From Octopus sinensis (lineage: Eukaryota): 64,000 nt of DNA. The notes under the pieces were generated by a model. It did no database searches and was not told where the DNA came from. It saw only the letters and a list, made by a program, of their open reading frames with translations. The stretch spans positions 44,516,001 through 44,580,000 of the forward strand of contig NC_043002.1 of the NCBI RefSeq assembly GCF_006345805.1. The letters run 5' to 3'. How positions within the stretch are numbered: the first letter of the stretch is position 1; each line of letters begins with the position of its first letter. The position numbers and the translations under genes were made by a program. Shown one piece after another: positions 13,452-28,225 of this stretch.

Positions 13452-14448
13452 TCTATCTATCTATATATATATAGATATAAAACTGAGAATGTGTGTGTGT
13501 CTGTCTGGCTGTCTGTCTGTGTGTTTCCCTAAAACTTGAGAACTACAAAATCAATTTCATTCAAATTTTACATATGCTTTACTTAGGGTCAGGGGAGTGT
13601 CATCGGCAAAAAAACTTTAACCTTCTGCCTAGGACGAGCCCACAGCAATATCATATCTTCTCCACTATTTCAGTATTACATGTTAAAAGTGAAACAAAAA
13701 CATTTCTCTATTTTATGTCAGATACTTTCACTTTAACAATAAAAATTAGAGATAATAATAACAATTAAAATCAAACTAAAGTATAATATAATCGTAACAT
13801 AACAAAAGTAAAAATAGCAATTGGTATAAAATTGCATCAATGACTTGAACTTGAATAAGTGGTTTCACATGAATGGGAATAAATTAAAAATAAAATTAGC
13901 GTGCCAAAATGGAATAGTCCAGATGGATAATAAAAAATTAAATTAAAGAAAAGACTATTGTCTATAAAGTATACAATGTAGAGAAAAAAGATTTGAACAC
14001 CTGGAGGAAAGCACCATCGAAAAGTGTCTTGGTGCGACTATGAAAGATATCTAACCAGAGGCGGTAAATTCGCCACAATAGAAGCAAGGTTCGAGTCAAC
14101 GGAGCGTGCAAGGGAGTACTCGACTCGAACTTGCAAAGTGGAAATATTTTATTATTACCTTAAATTAAAAATGTCCCCCTCCCCAGCAATAGAGGTAGGC
14201 TGGATTGTAGCCACACTTCTATACAAGAGGGAGGACAAGATACAATTGATCGAAATCGCAAGAGACGGGCTTACAATTCCAGTCTGTTATATATTTTGAG
14301 TATTGTTATCACTAGCGATATCAAGATATAACTTTGTATTTTGTATTTTATGTGTAGATGTATATATATATATAGATGTACATGTAATATGTACACATAT
14401 ATACATGCACTAGCACTATGCCCCGGCAACGACGGGTCATAATGCTAG
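13452..14448 (+). mobile_element. Non-autonomous Helitron-like element
   Basis: 5' A|TC..tataaaactgagaatgtgtg(gtct)n; 3' hairpin CCCGgcaacgaCGGG followed by CTAG|T. Confidence 0.6.
13990..14290 (+). pseudogene. Probable L1/Tx1 ORF1 fragment inside the Helitron
   Basis: YLTRGGKFATIEARFESTERAREYSTR...PAIEVGWIVATLL. Family assignment is from recollection of LINE ORF1 sequences, not from a search. Confidence 0.4.
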
Positions 14449-17400
14449 TAATTGATAACTGGCCGTTAATATGAAAGCGTTTACACTTCCTTTACACATC
14501 ATGTTTTTCCTTAATTGTAATATGGATGAAGTTGCTGAAAAATAGCAATTTACAAGCAGTATAGTTACTTACTCCGTTTCCTTTTGAGTGATAAAAAATA
14601 AATCGTTTGTATATTGGCACAGAATCTAACCTAAAATATGTACTATCGACTGCGTAATCGACTTCCCTCCGTAAACTACAAATCGGTAAATCCAGGTGTC
14701 TGCAGAAAGGTGTAACTCATTATATGTTTTGTACTTTAAAATATTTGAGTGAGTGACAAGTTCAAAGGAGTTATGTTTGGCAACTTAAAATAAAGAACTT
14801 TGTGATAAGAATGACAATGAATAAACATTTAATCTATAACCATTATGTCGAAAAATATATACTGTCAAACTAATGAATATGGATTAAATGATGATTTTAA
14901 AATATTTATTTCATGAATAATTACGGTACTAATTTCTGTAGGATAGTGGGTAAATTAATTGAATAAACTCGATCTAATATTTGCTACTTATATTATCAAA
15001 CGTGAAAAGGATATAAAGAGAGTTATGACTGGATTCCAAGTCAGAATGGAAGAAATGAAGCTGACAGTGATAGTCATTTAGTACGATGCTTTATTGATTA
15101 TTTTGAAGCCAATTCACTACAGTCTGATGATAATAATAAAATAATGATATAATATACGTCGTAGCACTGCATTTTATATCTTGTTTTCGGCAGATATTTT
15201 TCTCCAAATGATAGTATATCTTCACTCAAAACTTAACCTTTTCTCTAGGCCCTATATTTAATGGAAAGTTGCGACTTTATGTCCGTCGATTTGCAACAAA
15301 ATAAAAGGATAGATCTACCGAATAACGGGACCTATTTGTAACCGCGATATTAAAGCAGCCTACCTACAGTTCTAAGGCTCTAGCCAAAGTAATTATAATT
15401 AGACACAAGAGAAATTAGGGGAAATGAAGATATTTAACATGTGTGCACTTCTTAAGAGCAAAGCATAAAACGCCTTTGTTTTAATTACTATTTCTAATTT
15501 AGTTCTAGTTGATAGTTATAATCAAAACTGGTTTTAAAATCTATCAAATAAGAAGGAACGTATTGTCTTCGCCGGAAGATGTGGCTTGTTCGCTCGACAT
15601 ACTAGGAATATCACAACAAATCGGCCATTATACAAAGTAAGTACGCACTCAATATGGTAATTTTAGATATATGTATTGAAGAAAACATACGGCCATCAAA
15701 CTTCTACCATTAATCTGTTCGTTAAGGGCTGACCTATGATAAAACTACGAAGTTTCCGTCATCTCCGTCTGGAAGGTGGTTTACTCTCAGTTACTATTCT
15801 TTAATAACATATTACATGTTTACCAGACATACAGAGCATATTACATATACAATGCCGAGAATTTCGTGTATGACGCTCCTACGAAATCTGGGAATCTGTA
15901 TTAAATGAATTAAATTTCAATTTAAATTATCTCTGGATTGTTCGAAAGAAAATTAAAATTGGTAGGTCCCGTTCCGATAGGCCGCTTTAATGGAGTCGCT
16001 TTCTGCTATCTTATAGGATTATTTATTTTAGACAGCCTACTATCTTGTACAGCGATGTCGGGCTAATATCTAACACGTAATTAAGATGGAGACAAATTAG
16101 ATCGCCGTAGAAAATTTGCGACGTTTTCAGAATCTTTGAACACAAGATTATTTTGACTACTAACATATTAAATGCGTAGATATTACTATAAATCTAACTT
16201 TATTACAATAAATTTAACTTTTACGGTCCCTAATGGAAGCTTAATGGGATCATAGGTACATTCACAAAATCTCCAACCACCTGCATCATACTCCACAAAA
16301 TTTACCCAGAAACATCTGTAAAATTGAAATGAATATCGGCTAAGGAAAACATTTGTAACCATCTTTTAAAATATTGCTCTGGGAAGACCTTGCCATAGGA
16401 AGAACCTACCCTGGGAAGAACCTGCCAGAGATACAAGAAAAAGAAAACTTATATGGCATAACCTACGTCCATTGTGATAGTATGATACATCCAGTGTGAT
16501 ATTATGATACATCCAGTGTGGTAGTACTGCAAACAATTCTGAAGATTAGTCTGTAAGCACTTCCTTAGTGACCCTAAGTTACACAAAGTTTTAACGGATA
16601 TATCCTCAAAGTGAGTTATAGCTGCATGAATAATTTCGACTCTAACTAGAATTTAGAGCAAAAGGATTTCCTTTTCGCCGACAAAGATTTCTTACCTCAA
16701 TGCACCTGCCTTAACAAGTGTTCTCTATAAGACAAATTCAACAAATCCTCATGCAGCCTGTCAAACTATTAAGCATCTCAGACCTGAACTTCTGTGTCAA
16801 GGCAAAAATAAACAGCTCGAGGGTAACGATTGGAGGCAAACTAATGGACAAAATCGGCTGTATCTTTTTCCTACGTGTGTCGATTATTTCTGCTCCACCG
16901 GGAATCCAGGAGAGATGATGTTTAACCTATTCTCACAACGGCGCGAATACGATATGTGTCAGAGCTAAGTTCTAAATTAAATTTAATTACTTCATGTTAC
17001 TACCATAGAAAATATCTTCTAGTATTATTCACTCTATAAACTTGTTGATGCGCCACATGCCCTTGCTATCTCTGGAATCTGCAGCACGCCATAATGTTAA
17101 CTGCAACTATTAAGGCTTTCATTTCTTTGACTACAAGTTTGTACGCTTACACAACATAACACCCTATACATTTTTATATGCTTGATATAAACTACGTTAT
17201 CTATCAAACATTCTGCATTTCTCTATAATGTGGTTTATATATTGTCATTCTACATTCTTTATATAATTTATATGACATAACTGTTCTTCGTATGATTCAT
17301 ACGATTCATTTTCATTTATATGCCCGCCATTTTTACACAAACTTCATTATATGCTACGTATCCTCCCCCCCCCCCCCCCCCATCGCACTCAGTTATACAT

Positions 17401-18003
17401 CAATTTGCACTTGCACACAAACATGAGCTTGTGTTTATGCGCACACGATTATTACAGTCAGTGAACTCTTTGAGAGCATTCACATAATTTACAAGCAAAG
17501 CGTTGTACTTTACCGTTATGTCCATCGGATGTAACAACTATTATTTTTACAATTATTTTTAATTTTATGTTTTTGATTTCTTCATTTCTGTTTTCCTTTC
17601 TTTTTTTTGTGTTTACAGTTTCTTACATTTTTTGTTTCAATTATTCATGCTTCACGATTTCCATTTTCAAATTATTTTATTATATAATGAAATACAATAA
17701 TAATACCCAGTATGTTCAGATATACATACACTTAGACTCACGTATACACTGGCTATGCGTGTATACATTAGTGTATGCAGGTATGAATGTGTGTAATTAC
17801 GCGCAGATATAATACGACTGTATCTGTTTATATATTGTGTGTGTATTCAAACTTTTTATTAGAAACAACCCAATAATGTAGACACTATCAATATCACAGT
17901 ATTATACTTAATGTATGTGAGTTGTTAACCGCTTGTAACCGTGATATTTCGTCTAAGGAGATCTCTTCAAGGGCGTATAGTATTAAAAAGCACAGTATAC
18001 TTA

Positions 18004-19294
18004 CGAGGGACGTTCAATAAGTAATGCCTCTGACCCACTTGCAGTTGTTTGATCTAGCTGAAATTTTGCATGTGCAATTATTTATATCTCTATAGAGTAA
18101 GTGACAAATTACAGCTCTGAATTAATTGTGGTTTCTGATTTACAGGTGTTTGAACCGAGTCAAGTGTGAAATGGAGCCTGTTGAGTGTCGAGCAGTGATC
18201 CGGTTTTTGTATTTGAAAGGACGCACACCACGGGAGACTTTTGATGAAATGAAAGTAACTTATGGTGATGATGCCCCATCATATGACCTTGTAAAACGCT
18301 GGCATCATGAATTCAAACATGGTCGGAACTCTGTGGAAACAGCTCCCAGATCTGGTCACCCCCTTCTGCCATTGATGAGGCATCTGTCCGTCAAGTTGAG
18401 GCTGCCATTTTGGAAGATCGACGCATAATTATTCGCCAAATAGCCCATGAGGTCAAGATTAGTACCGGGTCTGTGGAAACTATCATTCATGACCATTTGC
18501 ATATGCAAAAGGTGTCTGCCAGATGGATTCCCAGGTTGCTCACGCCTTTCCAGAAGCAAGAACGCGTCGAGTGCTCGAGGATGAATTTGGAGATGTGCCA
18601 AGAAATTGAGTCAAAATTTTTCAAAAGACTGATTACACAGGATGAAACCTAGGTCCATCACGATGATCCAGAGACCAAAGCCCAGTCAATGCAGTGGAAG
18701 CACCGTGACTCACCCCCTCCAAAGAAGGCAAGGGTGCAGCCCTCCGCTGGCAAGGTCATGCTCACAGTCTTCTGGGACCAGGACGGAGTAGTGATGACAG
18801 ATTTCCTGGCAAAGGGTACCACAATTGCAGGAGCCTATTATGCTTCACTTTTGAGGAAATTAAGAGAAGTTATCAAAATCAAGAGGCGGGGCAAGATCAG
18901 CAAAGGCATCCTCCTCCTGCAGGACAACGCTCCGGTCCACAACTCGCTTGTCGCCAGATCAGAAGCACAGGCGTATGGCTATGAACTCCTCCCCATCCCC
19001 CCTACTTTCCTGACCTTGCACCCTCTGATTTTCACCTCTTCCCAATCATGAAGTTGTTTTTGAAAGGAAAGCGTTTCGCAGATGATGCAGCCTTGATTTC
19101 TGAAGTCACGTTGAGGTTGGAGGACCAAGCTGGGTTCTTCTACAAAAACGGTCTCCAGAGCCGCATCAAACGATGGGAGAAATGCGTAACTCTGGGTGGT
19201 TCCTATGTAGAAAAAGACTAATAACTGTGCCAAGTTTCGTTGCTCTACTGCTATGGGAAGTGGGTCAGGGGCATTACTTATTGAACGCCCCTCG
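18004..19294 (+). mobile_element. Full-length mariner transposon (1291 bp)
   Basis: 37-bp TIRs cgaggg(a/g)cgttcaataagtaatgcc(t/c)ctgacccactt with 2 mismatches; TA at 18002-18003 and 19295-19296. Confidence 0.95.
18171..19221 (+). pseudogene. Mariner transposase, frameshifted with an in-frame stop
   Basis: MEPVECRAVIRFL..., SARWIPRLL, ITQDET*, LLQDNA, DLAPSDFHLF, ...GSYVEKD*, spread over several frames; TAG at 18650. Confidence 0.93.
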
Positions 19295-19296
19295 TA

Positions 19297-20142
19297 GGCG
19301 AAAGGAAATCGCCCTGGAAGTGAACGAAAATGACATATATCGATATTTTGCAGTAACGTCTGCTCAACGGTTGCCATATATTCGCCTCACTTCCGAAACG
19401 AATTCGAATTGCCAGCCAGAAATATATGCAGATAGCATAAGAATCTATCTACTGATATGTAAAATGTTGCAGAAGTAGAACAGTATGCAAATCTTATTAG
19501 AAACAGCGTAAAAATGTAAAGATTAACAGTATCATATCCTTATATATAAAAGTAAGGTTGTGTGTCTGTCTACTCCGATTTAGATTCCTAACTACTCCCA
19601 CATTTTGCGGTGCAGTTTCACCAAAACCGGGTATCTTATAGTCGTGATTCATATCGAGCCCGTCTGGGTATTAGCGCGCGTCTACGATGAGTCAACGATT
19701 TAAAAAAATTTACCATCATATTTTTTCCATTTTTTATGCATTTTTTGCTATTTTTTGGCTATAACTCTCTAAAAATGCTTTATAATTATTTCCCTTACAA
19801 ACCCGAGCAACGCCGGGCGATACTGCTAGTACTTAATATATGTTTACTAATAAATGCTAGTAGCTGCGGTATTTCGTCTAAGGGAAGTCCATTCACAGGC
19901 GCACTGTGATAAAAAAAAAAGAGACAGTATACTTCTAAGATAGCCGAAACCAAATCTTAATTTTGTTTTATTCGTACAGTGCGTTGCTTATGAATAGGTG
20001 GATTTATGGTATTGTGTATACTTCTCGCTTTCTATTCGTATTCGTTTTGCAAGGGAGGAGAGTGTATGGCACAGCTGAGCAGAAAAAGCAGTGATATATC
20101 GATATGTCATTCTCGTTCTCTCTCAGGCGATTTCATTTCTCC
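19297..20142. mobile_element. MITE with ~48-bp TIRs abutting the mariner
   Basis: ggcgaaaggaaatcgccctggaagtgaacgaaaatgacatatatcgatat vs atatcgatatgtcattctcgttctctctcaggcgatttcatttctcc; TA on both sides. Confidence 0.6.
19537..19829 (+). mobile_element. Non-autonomous Helitron (293 bp) nested in the MITE
   Basis: A|TCcttatatataaaag... CCCGagcaacgcCGGG ... CTAG|T. Confidence 0.75.
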
Positions 20143-20570
20143 TAACTTAGAGAATTACTCTGATCTTTAACCCTGTACAGCTTTAAAGGGGTTTCCCATA
20201 AACGAAATACGGCAGATACAAACGTTTAATATCTCTCATACATTAAGTATGTGATGTTGATTATATATATATATAATATGTATACGTTTACGTATCATCA
20301 TTTTCATCATATATATATATATATATATACATACATACATACATGCATACATACATACATACATACATACATACATGGTTATATGTGTGTATATATATAG
20401 TGAGAAAGGGTGAAAAGAAGACAACGTGAGAAAGTAAATAATATGAGAAAATGATATATATATATATATATACATATGCATTTGTGTTTGCATGTATGTA
20501 TATATATGTGTATGTATATATATGTGTGTACTAACAGTTACAGAAGTACGCATATATGTGAATATATATA

Positions 20571-21773
20571 CTGTATTGGCAAGAAAGCAATTTCGGTTTT
20601 TTAGTGTGTAATAAAAGTCATTTTTTTTCTCATAAAAAGAATGAACTTTAATCAATTATATATTTTCCATTTTGTTCGATGACCTTTTGCCATCTTTCTG
20701 ACAACTTAATGATTCAGCACTCATCGAACGCCTGATCCTTATCAGCCAAAATCTGAAGTAAGTCCGATTTCAGGTTATCATCAGTATTGAAAGTATTACC
20801 ATTCAAAGAATTTTGCAGACTTCGAAATAAATGATAATCTGATGGTGCAAGATCGGGACTATATGATGTATGTGATATCAATTCCCAACCAAGCTCCAAT
20901 AAGTTTCCACAATTTAGCAAAGATGTGTGCGATCTAGCTTTGTCATGGTGGAACAAAATTCCTTTACTATTTGCCAATTCTGGCCGTTTTTCTTTGACTG
21001 CTTCCTCTAGTTTCATTGACAGTAAACACCTGAATTGATCGTTTGGTTCCTTGGAAGTAGCTCAAAATACACATCTTTGTAATTCCATGAACTTGACAGC
21101 ATGACCCTTTTTTGATGCAATTCAGCTTCGATGTAGTTTGTGTTGGTTCCTTACTCTTGGCCCATGATCGTTTCCATTGAGGTTATTCTAGACAATCCAT
21201 TTTACATCACCATTGACGATTCGTTTAAAAAAAAAAGTCGATTTCATTGCATTTGAAATGCATATCGCAAATATTGATTCTTTGTGTTAAGTGGATCTCT
21301 TTCAATGTATGTGGAAATCAAATATCGAGCGTCTGAAAGAGTCCAAGATATTTTAAGGGATTTTCAGTTCTTGTGTGTGATGTAATGTCTCTGCAATCTC
21401 TCGCACAGTTATATGACAATCAGATTCAATTATAAGTTTGATTCAGTCATCATCAACTTCAGTAGGCCGACCAGAATGTTGGTAATCTTTGCGTGAAAAA
21501 TTTCCAGAACAGAATTTTTTAAAACCATTTCTGAAGGAAATAAAGAAGCAAAATATGGAGAAAATATTCGTTTATGCACTCCATATTGAAATTAACATTG
21601 ATCTAACAGTTGTAAACATAATTACGCGCAATTTGCTTCTAACGTAAGCTAAAAGTAATGGCTGTCAAATGTCAAAAGGAAAAAGAAACATAACATTGAC
21701 AAAAGTCATTCAAATACATTGTAACTCAATCTATTTGTGAAAAATTAAATTACTTTCTTGCCAACTCAATATA
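20571..21773 (-). mobile_element. Degraded mariner, cecropia/Hsmar1-like
   Basis: ORF 20714-21016 ILFHHDKAR..YSPDLAPSDYHLFRSLQNSLNG; TIR ttgagttggcaagaaagtaattt resembles the Hsmar1-type TIR. Confidence 0.85.
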
Positions 21774-21897
21774 TATATATATATATATATATATACATGT
21801 GCCCCAGCATGGCCACAGCTCATGAGCTGAAACTAGAATCAATCAATCAATCATATGCATGCATGTATGTATATATATATATGTATGTATATATATG

Positions 21898-21943
<46 letters not shown>

Positions 21944-21944
21944 A

Positions 21945-22038
<94 letters not shown>

Positions 22039-22040
<2 letters not shown>

Positions 22041-22361
22041 CAAAGTTGAGTTGTGGGGTATCGCACGAGTGGAATTATATACGAAAGAAGCTTTGAAAAT
22101 GCAATTTAAAAGATGTTTATTTACTTTACCGGTTTCACTCTTTGGAAAAAGATTGTCAAAAGTAACATGTGGAAGTTTGGTTGCGTTAATTATTGGTTGT
22201 TGCCAATTGCAATTTGCAACAACCAATAATGTAGCAATTTGCAACAACCAATAGTTAACGCAACCAAACTTCCACATGTTACTTTTGACAATCTTTTTCC
22301 AAAGAGTGAAACCGGTAAAGTAAATAAACATCTTTTAAATTGCATTTTCAAACCTTCTTTC

Positions 22362-22368
<7 letters not shown>
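22039..22368 (-). mobile_element. Near-perfect 128-bp fold-back element in (TA)n
   Basis: Arms 22076-22203 and 22241-22368 differ at 2 positions; unique terminal piece 22039-22075 starts aacaaag. Confidence 0.7.
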
Positions 22369-22412
<44 letters not shown>

Positions 22413-22469
22413 AAGAGAGAGAGGGAGGGAGACATATGTGTAGATGGGTAGGCATGTGTTTGTGTACGT

Positions 22470-23184
<715 letters not shown>

Positions 23185-23453
23185 TTATATATATAAATTA
23201 TACACATACACACACACATACATTTACTGTACATGTTTATATCTACTTGTATACATGTAAATAATTTTGTGAGAAGTATCTAAAACAATTGTTTCTCTCC
23301 CCTCCATTATATTTGTTTTTCTTATCCCTGTCTTTCACATTCGTATTGGTCCCTGACTTTTATGTAGCTACAAGCTAATCTTTACTGTTGCGTATGCTTG
23401 TGTATGATGTGAATGTAAGTAAATGTATAAGCATGTTTATGTTAGAAATACGT

Positions 23454-23538
<85 letters not shown>

Positions 23539-23901
23539 ATTTATATGTGTTTATATGTGGGCATGTATTAATACACTCGTATATTTCAGTATGTGTATAT
23601 TACTGTGCAAGCACATTTGCCTATTTGCTATCTACATACATGTCCGTTTCAGAGCATTTGTATGAAAGAGCGTCTGTAATTTTGTGTCCACATATTTCCT
23701 ATATCAATACGTGCACGTATATGTGAGCCTGCGTACACGTTAAGCTGTGTATATTTGTATGTATATATATCCATACGTATATATATATATATGTATGTAT
23801 ATATATATGTATGTATATATATCCATACATATATATATACATACGTATATATATATATATATATATAAATATACATACATATATATACACACATATATAA
23901 G

Positions 23902-23986
<85 letters not shown>

Positions 23987-24540
23987 CACAGAGACAGACA
24001 GGGCAAAATCTATATATGTATGTGTGTATATGTGTGTATAATGTATGACCATGCATATATGCATGTATTTGTTTATGTTTGTGCATGAGCGTGTTTTCCC
24101 CCTTAAAATTAGATTATTTCTCCGTATTCCTTCCGTGATTTTTTTAATTGCTTTGCAGGCAAACTATTTGTAACTATATTCATTATCCAGGAAACATTCA
24201 CAAAGTTAATTAAAATTTGAAGACATCGATATACAGGAGAGGGGCTCACAGACATAGAGCATTGCACTTGTGACGTATATATATTTTTGACACGGTATAA
24301 GTGTACGTAGTTATGTATGTTAACGGGTGTGTGTGTGATTATTCAGTTTTACTCAGATTTCTTGCCAATAGTGAAAGAGCCGGTTTCTTCATTGGAATTT
24401 CAACATGGTAATTTCGTATGCAAGTATATGTGCAGATTCGTATGTTTTCTCATATGTAAATATTCCCATGCACAAAATGGTATGACTAGAGACGATCATA
24501 TATATTTAAATGCATGTATGTATATATGTGTGTATGTGTA

Positions 24541-24790
24541 CATGATGCTTTCCAGAATGTTTAAGAAATACAAAACAAATCTCCTTCAAAGTACAGTCCC
24601 CTGGTTTCAGTGCATTTGTGGTAACGCTCTAACCACTTCATGAAGGCAGCATAGCAATCCATCTGAATGAAGCTGTCCAGGATCCTTGCCACGGTGTCTC
24701 CAAAATATCTTACACAGAGGTTCTCCATCAAGTAAGTGGAACAACCAAATGTCTCAGAGAACAAGGTAATAACTGTAATGAAGTTGTCCT
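24541..24790 (-). mobile_element. Mariner 3' fragment
   Basis: ...FMKWLERYHKCTETRGLYFEG is a typical mariner C-terminus; TA precedes the putative TIR at 24541. Confidence 0.6.
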
Positions 24791-27559
24791 CTATCCATCC
24801 CAAAAATGTATATGAATTACTTGGCACATTCAGCTTATATAGCCAAGCTAGAAATATAATTATATTGAACAGGATCATAATATAAAGTATTATGGATGAA
24901 ACTATAATGATTTGTTCTATCGACTGAAAATAAAGAAATATGTTCATCAGATCTCTTAGACGGAAACAAGCATATTGCTTATAACCTTGAAGAATCAATC
25001 CGTACATCTAAATTTAGTCTCATGGTGCTCCATATGTGCTTGGCGATACGAATGCCAGAACTTGAGAACAACTCAGCATTTCTAAAAATATTATCTTCAC
25101 TGGGGATGCAGACAGATCATATTTCCCGTGAAATTAAAGAGGGTGTGTTTTTAAATATGGATTAACATCGTTTGAAACCGGAATATAACTTTGAAGCAAC
25201 ATTTCACCTGTAAAGTAAGTCAACGAATGTCGCACGCAAATTTAAGAGCACAAGAATCAAAATTTTAGGTAGAAGACAACATAAATAGTTTTAAAGCTTT
25301 CTTCAGGGAACTTCAGAAAATAATAACATTGTTCTACAATAAAAATTCAGCGAGAGGTTTGAGCATAAGGATGTTAAGCGGTAAAAGAAAAATACGTGCT
25401 ACGTCTGACGTGGACTAGCAATAGGTTTATAACATTTTTGCCTTCAAGGTCTGCCCCATGCAATCCAAGAGTAAATAATCTCCACTAAGAGATTTCCATA
25501 CAAACGACTGAAAACATCAACTAACAAATAAAGAGGGAAAAGGAGGAAACGAAAATCAAACCAAAAATATTAACCACATCAGTCTCTCATCTGAGAGACT
25601 GTCCCCAAATATTACCGTCCTTTTAGATATAATGTGACTACCAGGTCAATCAGCATTAGGTTTATAGAAAGAAATAACCAATAAAAACGGACAGATTTAG
25701 TCTGATGGATACAAACCAGACTGTTTGAGCCAACGAATTAAATAATGCAACCAAATGAAAATAAAACTGGCCTGATAAATGTTTATGGTACTACAAAATA
25801 AAACATGTTCTAATGTGTAATCCAGTTGTCTATCTTAAAACTAATTGATAAGGGAGCTACAGTAGAAAAAAGGCATTGGTATTCTATTGAGGTGGAGCCT
25901 GAAATAGACATGCTCATAATTAATGAAGCGACAGGGCAGGTAGCAAGTCACCTTGATTAAAGTATGGCTAAACGTGGGGACCGTAACTCGATTCATACGA
26001 TGCAAATAATTATGATATATGGGACAATGAATGTCTGACAAAACTGCTTCAGATTTAAAGGAGAAACAATTGCTGAAAAGAAGACAAAAAGAACAAAGTG
26101 TTTTTTAGAAAAAATCAATGATTTCACTCAGCAAATGAACGTTCAAAATGAACGCACGCTAAATGCGCAATCATGCATATAAAATACATTCACACATGTA
26201 CATATACTTCATAGGCATGTAAATATACATTATAAATTATTTAAAGCAATATATATTTATATATGAATGTATACTGTATATTAACGTCTTATAATAACAA
26301 TTTAGTGTATGTATGCACAGATATGGTGCACCGTACTAATGTGCGAAAATGTACTTATGACAAACACAAAAACGCATACAAACACAAAACAAAAACAATA
26401 TTTAATATCTCAGATTGTACAGATACATTAAGACACGTACATGTACTTTTAAAGTAGCATAAATAATCTGTCAACAAGTGCAGAGAAGTAGTGCAATTTT
26501 GTCTGAGTAGGAAATATGCTAAGCTATGGTTAACTTTCAATATTTTGGATTATGAAACATTGTCTAAGATGTTTGACTAAGTGACATATATCATGAAAGC
26601 CACTGATAGACACATATATTCATAGACTCATACATAAATACTAAAGACATAAAAGCAGTATCTTTAAATATATATAAAAAGAATTACAAATAGATGTACA
26701 AATACTGTTTTGTTTGTAAAATCAATGCGTGAATGCTTCATGCATTTATGTATGTATTTATATATCTATATCTAGCTATGTATGTATTCAGATACATTTT
26801 AAACACAGCGACATCGGTTACTCTGTAAGAAAGTTGAGTGAAAAGTGATGATTAATACAGAACAGACCCATTATCATAGCGATCATTTAAATCTGAAATG
26901 TTATTAAATTACCACCTCAACTCGAAATTACAAGTAAGAAACAGGAATTTAAAATGATGTGGAAATAATATAGAACATTCAATTGTTTGCTATGTGTTAC
27001 AGAATCAACAAATCATAGGAATAAATTGGAAAGAGAAATGGCGCAGAAATAATAACAGGAACCCTGTAGCAGAAACAGAGGGGAGATTATGATTTGTGCA
27101 GATGGCGTCAACGTTCCTTTTCGAACAGAATTGCGTTTGCACTTTGTAATTCAAAATGAGTGTCTTATCAATGGAAGCAACGAATTTTAATTTACTTTTT
27201 AAAAAAAACGAATTCCATAAATTACTTAAGAATTTCTGATACAGCTGATACTTAATTCACAAGATGAATAAAAAAAAAAGCATTTTCTTTTTCTAAACAA
27301 TGGTGTTCAGTTGGATTAACAATGACTAAAATACAGCAAGCTGATATCAAATATGTTGCTTGTTAAAGAAAATTACAATAATGTAATTCATACAATATGT
27401 AAGGTTGTTTGATATTCGATTATTAAACTGACATCCAACCAGGCTTACCTGGTGAGAGAATGGTTTTAGAAACCAGTCATGAAAAAATTATGAGCTTAAT
27501 AAATGACACATAAACGTAGCAGAAAGAAATGACGTTAGTACCTGCAACAATAACACTGG

Positions 27560-28215
27560 AAACGATGAACCGCTACTCCTCAAGACCTAAGTCTACAGGG
27601 CTCCAAATTTGAAATTCAATACACGCCAGTATCTTGTAGGCGAGACGGTGACACGGGACCCAATTATTATTTACAGAGCATCCGATCAAGAGTCAAGAGT
27701 CAAATTATCACAAAACTCAGAAATATTGTGGAGCACAACGTACAGCTACTTGTCAAACTCTTGTGGCTAATACCATCTTCAATGCTCTCCTGGCTATATT
27801 CAGAGGAAGGTATATATTTTCCCTGCGAGGATACCTATTAACACGTTCTATAGGATGTTAAGACAAGAAATGGGTCGGTAATTGCCAACTTCATTGTCCT
27901 TTGACTGATCTTTCATTAACAATGTTGTTTTTCCCTCTACCATCCACTCCAGAACTGGACCGCTTTGTAGGTAATTGGCTAATTGCAAAGCAATTCTCTT
28001 GCGAATTGACCTAAACCACTTGAACAAGTAGCCTTGAATTCCGTCTAGTCCTACCGTTTTCCAGTTTGGCAGCTGATACCTGTGCAAGGATATCTTCTGT
28101 TGTTATGGTCCTATTGTGGAGCTTCGGGGTAGGGAAGTTCGGACCACACAGAATGAATCCACTCAGCACCGTGGTTGCGGGAAACTTCTTGCTCCTAGAT
28201 GTTATTCCAAAATTG
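27560..28215 (-). mobile_element. R4/Dong-like element remnant with large internal deletions
   Basis: LPNWKTVGLDGIQGYLFKWF...GKTTLLMKDQSK...GNYRPISCL; (TAA)n at its 5' side. Confidence 0.75.
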
Positions 28216-28225
28216 GTTATTATTA

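Noticed and set aside
25580-25601. 22-bp palindrome cagtctctcatctgagagactg
   Set aside because: Isolated, with no second copy or context to indicate function
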